Position numbers and translations under genes: made by a program. A DNA stretch of 64,000 nucleotides from an uncultured Eubacteriales bacterium (lineage in GTDB: Bacteria > Bacillota > Clostridia > Christensenellales > UBA1242), in assembly GCA_948607205.1 (NCBI GenBank), contig CAPERS010000005.1, forward strand, positions 834 through 64,833. Direction: 5' to 3'. The notes under the pieces are model-generated. The model was not told the origin of the DNA and made no database searches. It was given only the letters and a program-made list of their open reading frames with translations. The first letter of the stretch is position 1, and every line of letters begins with the position of its first letter. This document shows, one piece after another, positions 8,986 to 16,794 of this stretch.

Positions 8986-10353
8986 TTATTTTCTGTATGC
9001 TTCTATGCGGTGGATATATGACTTGGTTCGGTCCATTCCGCGAAAGGTTTGTTTGAATGATGAGGTGGCGGTGTCGTAGGTGTAAATTCCAGTGTAAGAA
9101 GGTTGAACTTTTGAAATCTTTGGAACGACTGAAACTTTGAAAAATGCAATGGTAGAACAAGTCATGTTGGACGTTACGATTGTGTAGTCTGTTCTAAGGC
9201 GGTTTTCAAGAGGCATATCAATAAGTCCTTGAACACCGTTGACAACGGCATAAAGGCGAAGATAACTGTAATCGGCAAAATTAAATGGCAATGTGTCAGT
9301 TCCACCAATGCCATCTGTGAAGCCGTGGTTGATGTTTGCGTCAGTGCTGTCTTTGTCATACAGAAGGTCATAGCTAACAAGATTGTTAACAGACGTTGTC
9401 AAGGATGAAAGTTTCTTTTCAATCTCAGCCATTCTTGTTGCATTGGCAGTGTTCTGAGTTGTTATTGTTTCAATGCTTGATGAGTAACTGTTGACTTTCA
9501 AATTGATTGCCGTCAAACTTGACTTGGTGGAATCAATTTGGCTTTGAAATGAGTTGACTGTGGTTTGAAGGGAGGCGAACTCTGAAGGAATGTCTTTGAC
9601 GTCGTTGAATGCATTTTCAATTGTGCTGAACTTTGAACTCATGGCGTCAACGGAATCTGAAAGAACTTTGACATTTTGATTTATTGCGGTCATGCTTGCA
9701 CGAGTTGAATCGAGAGTGTTTGAAAGTGTCGAATATGAATTTTCTAGGGAGACAATTGCCTCACTGTTTGTGTTGGCAGTAAGGGCTATATTGGTCATGC
9801 TTGAACGCGTCGATTCAAGAGTTGTTGAAAGCGTTTCGATATTGTCAAGATTCTTATATATATTTCTTTCATTTTCTAAAACTGCTTTATTAGTGTTGGC
9901 TATAGAATTTTCAATTGATTTAAACATCTCAAACTGTTCATTCAGAGTGTTATATATTGTATCTTTGTTATCCTTCAATGTCTCAATTTCTTGAGTATGT
10001 GTTGAAAGCATAGTTGTGTTTTCGTCAACAAAATATTTCAGGCTGTCAATGTCGAGAGTCATCTGTTCCAGCGATAAAGAAATTTTTTTCATATCACTTG
10101 TCAGTTTGTCAATATAATAACTGTTCGAGTTAGCAAGTGATTCAACATCATTAAGTCTTTCAAAAACAGTGAGGATATTGTTGTGGGTGTCTTTGACTTT
10201 GTCAGCAAGTTCGCTAAGTTTTTTGACAATGTCACTTCCTCCAACGCTCGCCAAAATTTCCTCTTTAAGTTTTGGCAATTGCTTTTTGACTAAATGCCAA
10301 ATCTCCTTTTCAATTTGCTCTATTGCGCTTGCAATCATATCTAAATTTTGCAT
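8986..10353 (-). CDS. coiled-coil fibre-like protein with globular C-terminal domain
   Basis: 455 aa with an AAAGGAG RBS and no signal peptide. About 320 aa are Ser/Thr/Asn-rich heptad-like sequence with a threefold motif (STRSSMTNIAL / STRASMTAINQNV / STKSSLTAINLKV). A beta-rich C-terminal domain of about 130 aa follows. A bidirectional hairpin terminator lies at about 8911-8945. Confidence 0.6.
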   Translation of the reverse strand: MQNLDMIASAIEQIEKEIWHLVKKQLPKLKEEILASVGGSDIVKKLSELADKVKDTHNNILTVFERLNDVESLANSNSYYIDKLTSDMKKISLSLEQMTLDIDSLKYFVDENTTMLSTHTQEIETLKDNKDTIYNTLNEQFEMFKSIENSIANTNKAVLENERNIYKNLDNIETLSTTLESTRSSMTNIALTANTNSEAIVSLENSYSTLSNTLDSTRASMTAINQNVKVLSDSVDAMSSKFSTIENAFNDVKDIPSEFASLQTTVNSFQSQIDSTKSSLTAINLKVNSYSSSIETITTQNTANATRMAEIEKKLSSLTTSVNNLVSYDLLYDKDSTDANINHGFTDGIGGTDTLPFNFADYSYLRLYAVVNGVQGLIDMPLENRLRTDYTIVTSNMTCSTIAFFKVSVVPKISKVQPSYTGIYTYDTATSSFKQTFRGMDRTKSYIHRIEAYRK

Positions 10354-10419
10354 AAAAAAACTCCTTTGCCAACATTTTACAAAGGATGTTTCTTGTTTTC
10401 AACATTCACTGCCATATTT

Positions 10420-11034
10420 TTATTTCATTTCACCACTTTTTGATTTTTTTGTCTTGCTTTTCTTGATAAAAACAACTGCCAATATGATTGTGACAAGGGC
10501 AATGATGATTGTTATCGCGGTGATAAGTGCACTGCTGATACCATATGCTTTGATGTCTTTGGTCGCAATAAGTCCATAGAAAAGTGAGCCGTTGTCTAGC
10601 ACAAATGATATTGCTGTCATCTTCTCTTTTCCGTCAAAACCACCATAGATAAAAATCTCTTGACCTTGTTTAACTTTATGCCCAGATTCTGTGCCGTCAA
10701 CATTAAAAATTTTGCTCTCAGTTGCAATAACTGTTCCGTTGAACACTGGATAAACATCTTGACCGCTTTTGTTTGATGTGACATAAAATTTGAAAACATA
10801 TCCTTCACTTTCTTCGTTTTCGACTTTGAAAAAGTCACCTTTTTCTTCAATAAATGTCAGTTTGTCACCATGGTGAAAGACAACTGGTTTTCCGTCGGTG
10901 TCTGTCACTATTGAAGAAAAATCAGCAGTCTGATAAAGCGTGCAGACGGTTGAAATAACCGATAAAGTTTCGCCAGAAGAAGTTGGCGACATAAAAGTCA
11001 ATAAAGATAGAACAGCGCATAAAAGAAATTTCAT
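10420..11034 (-). CDS. SH3b-domain protein with signal peptide and C-terminal membrane anchor
   Basis: Signal-like MKFLLCAVLSLLTFMSP from ATG 11034. Two SH3_3-like segments are present (e.g. LYQTADFSSIVTDTDGKPVVFHHGDKLTFIEEKGDFFKV). There is a C-terminal TM followed by a KKSK tail. No SD precedes the ATG, and the track start 11073 is a TTG inside the -35 box. Confidence 0.6.
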   Translation of the reverse strand: MKFLLCAVLSLLTFMSPTSSGETLSVISTVCTLYQTADFSSIVTDTDGKPVVFHHGDKLTFIEEKGDFFKVENEESEGYVFKFYVTSNKSGQDVYPVFNGTVIATESKIFNVDGTESGHKVKQGQEIFIYGGFDGKEKMTAISFVLDNGSLFYGLIATKDIKAYGISSALITAITIIIALVTIILAVVFIKKSKTKKSKSGEMK

Positions 11035-11040
11035 ATTTTT

Positions 11041-11069
11041 ATTATCAATTTTTTTGGCAGTTTTGTCAA
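11041..11069 (-). promoter_or_regulatory. promoter-like TTGACA-N17-GATAAT ending 6 nt before the SH3b ATG (possible leaderless mRNA)
   Basis: The minus strand reads TTGACAaaactgccaaaaaaattGATAATaaaaatATG. Confidence 0.4.
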
Positions 11070-11120
11070 GCAATTTTTAATTCTAAAAAGGTAGTATTTT
11101 TCTAAAAAAACTTAAAGCTG

Positions 11121-11225
11121 TGTGGATAACTGTCCTTGAAATGTGGATAACTTGGCGCTTGAATGTGGATAATTCGCTTGAATTTGTGGATTTCTGCCTA
11201 ATTGCTGTGGATAAAATGTGGATAA
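11121..11225. promoter_or_regulatory. DnaA-box cluster (5 perfect and 1 near-perfect box, same orientation)
   Basis: TGTGGATAA (complement of TTATCCACA) occurs at 11121, 11142, 11164, 11206 and 11217, and TGTGGATTT at 11185. Confidence 0.8.
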
Positions 11226-11229
11226 GTAT

Positions 11230-11254
11230 AAAAACGCCAAAAAATTTGGCGTAG
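11230..11254 (-). terminator. intrinsic terminator of the HD/PnuC operon
   Basis: Minus strand ACGCCAAA-TTT-TTTGGCGT followed by TTTT; 43 nt downstream of the stop at 11295. Confidence 0.5.
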
Positions 11255-11294
11255 TTGACTTTTTTAAAGAGAATAAAGTTTTCGTTTATTAGGT

Positions 11295-12041
11295 TTAAAG
11301 CAGTTCTATATATTTTTTCTTCAAGTCAACAACTGCATTTTTGAAAAATTGTTTATCTTTTTTGTTTAGATATTGTGAAAAGGTTTCGAACATAATGTCG
11401 ATATAGTTGTTATTTAAAACCTCTTCGCGTAAGAAATTGTAGGTGAGGTTATAGCAACCTGAAATGCGAATCAAGCACCTATCAAGTTTTGTTATCGGTG
11501 TGAACCAAGTAAGTGGTTTGAAATCAATAAAGTCTTGATATATCTGTTCAGTCACGCCATCCTTGTCAACGAGAATTGGCTGTGCGCCATTTGCAGTTGT
11601 TATGATGTTTGAAAAAGTGTCGGCATTTTTGATAAGTTCAACAAACAAAAGGCAATCTTTATCGTTTTCAGTGTATGGCTTGTTGTGAAATTTGGCGCAA
11701 GTTTTTAAAACCTCGAATCTCTTTTTGCTTAAGTATAATTTTTTATAGTCCCAGCCAGATAAAATTTCAAAAGATTTATCGCCATGGTCAACGCTTTTAT
11801 TGTCGTCATAAGTTTGAAATTCTTCCCACTGTTTGAATCTCCCAATGTCATGCAAGAGTCCAACGAGATATGCGAAATGCCTATCCTTTTCGCATAAACC
11901 AAGTTTGCATGCAATTTTGAAAGATGTGGTTGCAACATCGAAACTGTGAATAATTTTACGAAGTATATTTGAATTTTCAGTGTCAAAATTGTTGACAAAA
12001 TCCCAAAAAATTTTGTTATAATCTTGTATTATAAGTTTCAT
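11295..12041 (-). CDS. HD-domain phosphohydrolase
   Basis: 248 aa. H...HD signature (IIHSFDVA ... LVGLLHDIGRF) and a later DHGD. Confidence 0.75.
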   Translation of the reverse strand: MKLIIQDYNKIFWDFVNNFDTENSNILRKIIHSFDVATTSFKIACKLGLCEKDRHFAYLVGLLHDIGRFKQWEEFQTYDDNKSVDHGDKSFEILSGWDYKKLYLSKKRFEVLKTCAKFHNKPYTENDKDCLLFVELIKNADTFSNIITTANGAQPILVDKDGVTEQIYQDFIDFKPLTWFTPITKLDRCLIRISGCYNLTYNFLREEVLNNNYIDIMFETFSQYLNKKDKQFFKNAVVDLKKKYIELL

Positions 12042-12049
12042 ATTTCTCC

Positions 12050-12793
12050 TCAGTTTTCCTCTTTATTGTTTTCGATTAATACCTTTTCGCCAGTTTGATT
12101 TTTATTGCCAATGTTTTGCTTTCTTTCTTGAATTTTCCAGTGAATAAAGCCGTAGATATCATTGATAAGAAAGATTCCAAAAGATAATGCGGTTGGCAAG
12201 AATGCAATTCCTGAATTTATCACAACCATCGTCCACAGCACAATGAGAATTATGTCGTTTGCAACAAATGCAAGAGCATAGTAACTGCAACGGCGAAGTA
12301 TGAGATATGACGCAACGACAGATGTGATAAGTGAAAGGGTGCTTATTATAAGTTCACTGGTGTTAAGCGCACGTAAAAGAAAATAGAATGCCACAGTTGC
12401 ACAGATTGCGCCAATAAAAAGATAAAGATATTCAATACCTTTAATTTTGTTCACCTGAACAGTGCTGGTGTTTTCTTTATTTTTGTTTCTAAGCCAAGAC
12501 ACGATTGATGCGACTGCGATAGGAATCATCAGTCCGATATATATTATCGCCTCACCATAATAATGCTGAAGAACTGATATGATTGAATAGATTATGTTGT
12601 AAGCGATATTGATAAAAGGCGCAAAAACGAGTCCTTTTGCAACGGTCATAACTGACACTACGCCAACGAGTGAAACAACATATGAAAACCAGTTGCGGTC
12701 TGGCGTGAATGCGAAACAAAGACTCAGTCCAATCAAACTTAAAGCCAAAAATACAATTTCGAACCAGTTCCAGTTTTTTAAAAATTTTTTCAT
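12050..12793 (-). CDS. pnuC: PnuC-like nicotinamide riboside transporter
   Basis: 247 aa with about 7 hydrophobic helices, an N-terminal NWNWFE motif, and an overall pattern remembered from the PnuC family. Not verified by search. Confidence 0.6.
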   Translation of the reverse strand: MKKFLKNWNWFEIVFLALSLIGLSLCFAFTPDRNWFSYVVSLVGVVSVMTVAKGLVFAPFINIAYNIIYSIISVLQHYYGEAIIYIGLMIPIAVASIVSWLRNKNKENTSTVQVNKIKGIEYLYLFIGAICATVAFYFLLRALNTSELIISTLSLITSVVASYLILRRCSYYALAFVANDIILIVLWTMVVINSGIAFLPTALSFGIFLINDIYGFIHWKIQERKQNIGNKNQTGEKVLIENNKEEN

Positions 12794-12801
12794 ATTTTCA
12801 C

Positions 12802-13308
12802 CTATAACAGATTATATGCTTTGAGCGCATCAAGCAAAAACTTTCCGTCTGGAATGATAAGTTGTTTGTATTTTGGTTTTGAAAACTCCTCGATAAAAAC
12901 TGAAAAATTGTCTTTCACTTGGCTGACAAATTCGGCAGTGTTACCCCTGTCATAAAGCCTTTTTTCAATCCATTTCCAACCAGATAGATTTGGACGAGCA
13001 ATCATGTATTCAATTCCATGCTCATCAAAGAATTGAAAAATCTCTTGATTTTTAAGTCGCGGATGGCTTAACTGTATAAGGACAATGTCATACTTGTCTT
13101 TTTGCGTCAAAATTTCATCAATATAGTTTTGAGGCCAAGCAGGGTTGAGAACACGATTTTTGTTGCCCTTTCTTTCTTCTTCGGTCATGCCTGCAACGCC
13201 ATTTTCAAGCCACTTGAAATATGTCGATTCAAGGTCCAACACGTTTGTATAATTTTTTCCAACGTATGACTTTCCAACGCCAGCAAATGCTGCAATAATC
13301 TTTCCCAT
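12802..13308 (-). CDS. P-loop NTPase / small kinase-like protein
   Basis: 168 aa with Walker A AFAGVGKS at the N-terminus. It lies 8 nt upstream of pnuC on the same strand. Confidence 0.5.
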   Translation of the reverse strand: MGKIIAAFAGVGKSYVGKNYTNVLDLESTYFKWLENGVAGMTEEERKGNKNRVLNPAWPQNYIDEILTQKDKYDIVLIQLSHPRLKNQEIFQFFDEHGIEYMIARPNLSGWKWIEKRLYDRGNTAEFVSQVKDNFSVFIEEFSKPKYKQLIIPDGKFLLDALKAYNLL

Positions 13309-13371
13309 TTTTCCTCCTTATTTTCAATATAATAAATCAACCAAAGTTTTGTCAATTTTTTTAATTTAGTT

Positions 13372-14226
13372 TTATTGTTTTGCAATAGTATTGTCATAAG
13401 CATAGCAGGTCACTTTGCGCTTGCTGATTTTTTCAAGACAGTCCACAATCCCAGCAATGTTGGATTTCTTGCTTAAAATTGAGTTTGACAGGTTTTCATA
13501 TTTTTCGTTGTAAAATCCAATGAAATACTTTTCGCAATTCAGACTTTGAGGAAACATTTTGATGTCTTGCTGGCTGTCACCACCAACGATAACCATGTGT
13601 GGCTGTTCTTTAACATGCTTTTTCAAAAACAGTTCAATGAATCTGCCTTTGTTTAATAAGAAATTTTTTATGTCAATTCCGTGACCATATTTGTCATCAT
13701 AAACTTCAAAGTCAAGTTCAGTCATGTTGTTTTTGCAATAATCAAGAAAACTGAAAGACTTTTCATCGAACTGCTCGAACTCGATATTGAAATAGCTTTG
13801 GTAAAGTTTGTTCATTTCATAACCAAATTTTTCAGTTGCAAGTTTTAATTTCTGCCATTGTGCTTTTGTGAGAGGATGATTGAAATTTTTGTGAATGCAG
13901 TTTGACTTGTCAAGCGTAAATGCACCATATTCATATGCAAAACCAACTAAGATATCTTCTCTTCCTATCTCGCAAAAAGCGTTTGAAAGAATGTTAAATC
14001 TTGTTTTGGCTTGAAATTCGTTTGTTCCAGAAACGATCATCAGTTTGACTTTTGCCGAATTTCTTTTTTCAAGTTTATCGATTGCACTTGCAAATTTTTT
14101 GAAATTGTCTTTTGAGATTTTGCCGTTTTTCACGAGTTCGTTGATTGTCATGCTCCAATCTAAAAATATATAAATTGTTTTATCTTTCATAAAAGCAAGT
14201 ATAAAAAATTGACAAACTTTTGTCAA
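13372..14226 (-). CDS. HAD-superfamily (Cof-like) protein with degenerate motif I
   Basis: IFLDWSMT sits in place of DxDxT, with SGT (motif II) and GGDSQQD (motif IV-like). The true start may be the internal MKDKTIYIF. Confidence 0.4.
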   Translation of the reverse strand: MTKVCQFFILAFMKDKTIYIFLDWSMTINELVKNGKISKDNFKKFASAIDKLEKRNSAKVKLMIVSGTNEFQAKTRFNILSNAFCEIGREDILVGFAYEYGAFTLDKSNCIHKNFNHPLTKAQWQKLKLATEKFGYEMNKLYQSYFNIEFEQFDEKSFSFLDYCKNNMTELDFEVYDDKYGHGIDIKNFLLNKGRFIELFLKKHVKEQPHMVIVGGDSQQDIKMFPQSLNCEKYFIGFYNEKYENLSNSILSKKSNIAGIVDCLEKISKRKVTCYAYDNTIAKQ

Positions 14227-14265
14227 CTGAATTTGTTTGTTAAAACTTTAATATTAAATTTGCCA

Positions 14266-14296
14266 TAGAAAAAAGCATACCTCAGTTGATATGCTT
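14266..14296 (-). terminator. intrinsic terminator of the four-gene cassette
   Basis: Stem AGCATA/TATGCT with TTTTTT on the minus strand, 25 nt after the stop at 14321. Confidence 0.6.
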
Positions 14297-14320
14297 TTAA
14301 TAAAGTGAAATTTTTATTTA

Positions 14321-14785
14321 TTACATCCAATATCTATCTGTTGTTTCATTCCAAATATCTTTCAAAAAAGCATTGCCTATTTTTGCTTTTTCTTTAAAAT
14401 CATTTTTTGTTTCAAAGGTTTGAGAATTTGTCGTGTTGGCTTCAAACATTTCAATTACATTTTTCTTATCATTATTTGAAGTTAAAACAACTCCATAATA
14501 AGTTCCCTTATATTCAAACCGCATTTCGCTGTAACAAAATAAGGCTTCAATAAATTCGTCTATATTAGGCTCAAAAGGTTTCTTTTCTTTATAAAGTTGC
14601 TTAGCCCTATTTAAAGAAATTAAATTCGAATATATAACTTTATCTGGAAATTCGCTATACATTTTTCCATTATACCAGCCGCAATTAGAACATTCGCCTT
14701 GGTCATAGATGTCTGCCATATATCTATGACCGCAAACTGCACATCTCTTTTTAAAAATGTTATCATATATATTTTTATTCGTCAT
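14321..14785 (-). CDS. zinc-ribbon (CxxC...CxxC) protein, immunity-like
   Basis: AAAGGAG lies 6 nt before ATG 14785 (the track start 14803 is a TTG). The N-terminal zinc-ribbon pattern is CAVCGHRY...CSNCGW. The C-terminal domain of about 90 aa is unrecognised. Confidence 0.5.
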   Translation of the reverse strand: MTNKNIYDNIFKKRCAVCGHRYMADIYDQGECSNCGWYNGKMYSEFPDKVIYSNLISLNRAKQLYKEKKPFEPNIDEFIEALFCYSEMRFEYKGTYYGVVLTSNNDKKNVIEMFEANTTNSQTFETKNDFKEKAKIGNAFLKDIWNETTDRYWM

Positions 14786-14796
14786 TTTTACTCCTT

Positions 14797-15111
14797 TTAA
14801 CAATATGATGAATTAGTATCTTCGTTATTCGGACCTATATAAAGAGGTCTAGAATCTTTTTTAGACCAATCCCAATAGTGGTCGTGAGGATATTTATGTG
14901 GTTTTTTGGGATTTTCGTTTTTATGCTTCCAGTCTCTATCCCAGAGGTTTTCACCATTTGGTCCATACCATCTTTGTTGTATTAATTCATTTGGATTATC
15001 AATATCATACATATCTGTCCTTGTATTTGGGTTTCCATATGAACCTGGGATATTTCGTCCTACTTTTCCAAATATTTGCTTAATACCACCACTTGGTTTA
15101 CACATTCCCAT
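14797..15111 (-). CDS. small His/Trp/Pro/Asn-rich protein, toxin-module-like
   Basis: 104 aa. The ATG overlaps the upstream stop (TAATG). The motif RWYGPNGENLWDRDWKHKNENPKKPHKYPHDHYWDW is reminiscent of C-terminal modules of polymorphic toxins. This comes from memory only. Confidence 0.45.
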   Translation of the reverse strand: MGMCKPSGGIKQIFGKVGRNIPGSYGNPNTRTDMYDIDNPNELIQQRWYGPNGENLWDRDWKHKNENPKKPHKYPHDHYWDWSKKDSRPLYIGPNNEDTNSSYC

Positions 15112-15929
15112 TATAGCACCTCCTGTGGCAAAAGTTCAAACGGTTTTGAGGTTGTTTTTCCACCAATTCCTGTAAGTTTGAATTTTAATTGTTTTCCAAC
15201 CAAATTTTTTACTTTAAAGTCTGTTTTGAACAGTCCTGCGGTGTGATATTTTGTTTCTATCTTTATTTCATCCAAAAACCATTCAATTTTGTCGACGAAC
15301 AAAGATTTTACTTGTAATGTTCCTTGATAATTATCAACTTCAATTGAAACAATTTTTGGCGCGCCTATTAAGTTGTTATTTCTTTTTATTTCGAATAAAC
15401 TTTTCGTATCTTCGAATGAAAGTTCATTCCAACCAACATTTTCATAAGGATTTTTTATTAGTGGAATATTGTTTTGTTTTATTTCGATATCATTTCCACC
15501 AAAATTTTCTAAGCGGGCAATAATTTTCCAACGTAGAACTTTATTTCTTTCTTCATAATTGATTAAAGACTTGTTGAGGTGAGAAGCGAACTGCATTTCT
15601 GAGCAGTTATTCACTTTTATAAAATGCTCTTGTGCTTCTTCGCCAAATCCAAGCCGGACTGAATTTTTAAAATGTTTAACGCCATGACAACGTGAACAAA
15701 TGGCAATAATATTTTTTAAAGTTTGTGTTTCCTTTTTTATATCAAAATCCCATTCTTCATGAACATCAAGTTCTTCCGTTTTATTTCCACAAATTTCACA
15801 TCTTCCATTGGCTCTTTTTAATGCAACTTCACGAAGTTTGTTCCAATCTTTCTTAGATAAAGTCTTACTAAAATCATTGTTCCAAGCGCCTTTTGGGAGC
15901 ATGCTTATTGTTAGTTTTAATTCTTCCAT
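15111..15929 (-). CDS. HNH/zinc-finger nuclease-like N-terminal domain fused to an unknown beta-rich domain
   Basis: CEICGNKTEELDVHEEWDFD ... ICSRCHGVKHF (CxxC...H...CxxCH). AGGAG RBS in the 9-nt gap after the upstream gene. Confidence 0.6.
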   Translation of the reverse strand: MEELKLTISMLPKGAWNNDFSKTLSKKDWNKLREVALKRANGRCEICGNKTEELDVHEEWDFDIKKETQTLKNIIAICSRCHGVKHFKNSVRLGFGEEAQEHFIKVNNCSEMQFASHLNKSLINYEERNKVLRWKIIARLENFGGNDIEIKQNNIPLIKNPYENVGWNELSFEDTKSLFEIKRNNNLIGAPKIVSIEVDNYQGTLQVKSLFVDKIEWFLDEIKIETKYHTAGLFKTDFKVKNLVGKQLKFKLTGIGGKTTSKPFELLPQEVL

Positions 15930-15938
15930 GTTTTGCTC

Positions 15939-16676
15939 CTAGACTTCTGGATAAAGTTCACCAGCGAAATATTTTCTTGTAAACTCTTCAAATCCTATTT
16001 TTTTTATTAATTCTTCACTATTAAATGGGTCTATTGATTTTATATTGCCCTTCATTTCTGAAAAAGGTGTGCCATAGCAAATTATTGCACTTGGTTTGAT
16101 TTTTTTCATCATGATTTCATAGCCTTCCATAAAGCCTTTTTTATTATCCTCTCTTGTATATGTCGAAACTGCAACAACAGAACCTTTTTCCACACCATCA
16201 CAAAAGAAATCAAAACAATCATAGGAACCCCAAGAGATTGTGGGAATTACTAACATACCTTGTTTTTGCCAAAAAGCACCGCACCAACGATTTTTGAAAA
16301 CACTATCAATTTGCTTAGCAAGTGGCATATCTTTATAGGTGCTAAATTCTGGGGTTAATAATGCATAATATTGGTCAAGTTTTTCAAGCGCAATTTCTGG
16401 TTTTTCATATACATTTTCAAAATTCCAATCATAAGTAAAAAAATGAATAGTTTTAGATTTATTGTCATTATCTTCTTTTTTTGTTTTAAGATAACTTAAC
16501 AATTCAATTTTATCTATATCTATATTTTGTTTCTTAATAAGTGGCATTCCATATTTTCCACATTTTTCAAACTCATTTCTTACAAGTTTTTGTTTTTTTT
16601 TTCGCTTTTCATCATCAGAGTCGAATTTGTTGTCGTCATTAGAAAAAAGCGAACTTAATTGTTCGTTTTTTATCAT
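15939..16676 (-). CDS. DUF4417-like protein
   Basis: IHFFTYDWNFE ... LLTPEFSTYKDMPLAKQIDSVFKNRWCGAFWQKQGMLVIPTISW matches my recollection of the DUF4417 signature. Not verified. Confidence 0.55.
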   Translation of the reverse strand: MIKNEQLSSLFSNDDNKFDSDDEKRKKKQKLVRNEFEKCGKYGMPLIKKQNIDIDKIELLSYLKTKKEDNDNKSKTIHFFTYDWNFENVYEKPEIALEKLDQYYALLTPEFSTYKDMPLAKQIDSVFKNRWCGAFWQKQGMLVIPTISWGSYDCFDFFCDGVEKGSVVAVSTYTREDNKKGFMEGYEIMMKKIKPSAIICYGTPFSEMKGNIKSIDPFNSEELIKKIGFEEFTRKYFAGELYPEV

Positions 16677-16794
16677 TGTAATCTCCTTTTTTTGTTTTTT
16701 GGTTACGCAAAGAGAATACCATTCAAAAATTTATATTTTCAAGTTTTACTGCCAAAATCTTGTGATAATTGCCGAGTTTGTCAAATAAAATATC

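Noticed and set aside
11074-11225. Calling the DnaA-box cluster the chromosomal oriC
   Set aside because: No dnaA or dnaN is adjacent. All flanking genes (8986-16676) are on the same strand, so there is no replication-associated strand switch. I could not identify a convincing DUE or DnaA-trio arrangement. It is kept as a DnaA-box cluster of unknown role.
8986-16676. Prophage or integrative element (fibre-like protein, HNH-like and DUF4417-like genes)
   Set aside because: There is no integrase, terminase, portal, capsid, tail-tube or lysis gene and no flanking direct repeats. The candidate genes are interrupted by an ordinary-looking metabolic operon. At most these are scattered remnants or a small accessory cassette.
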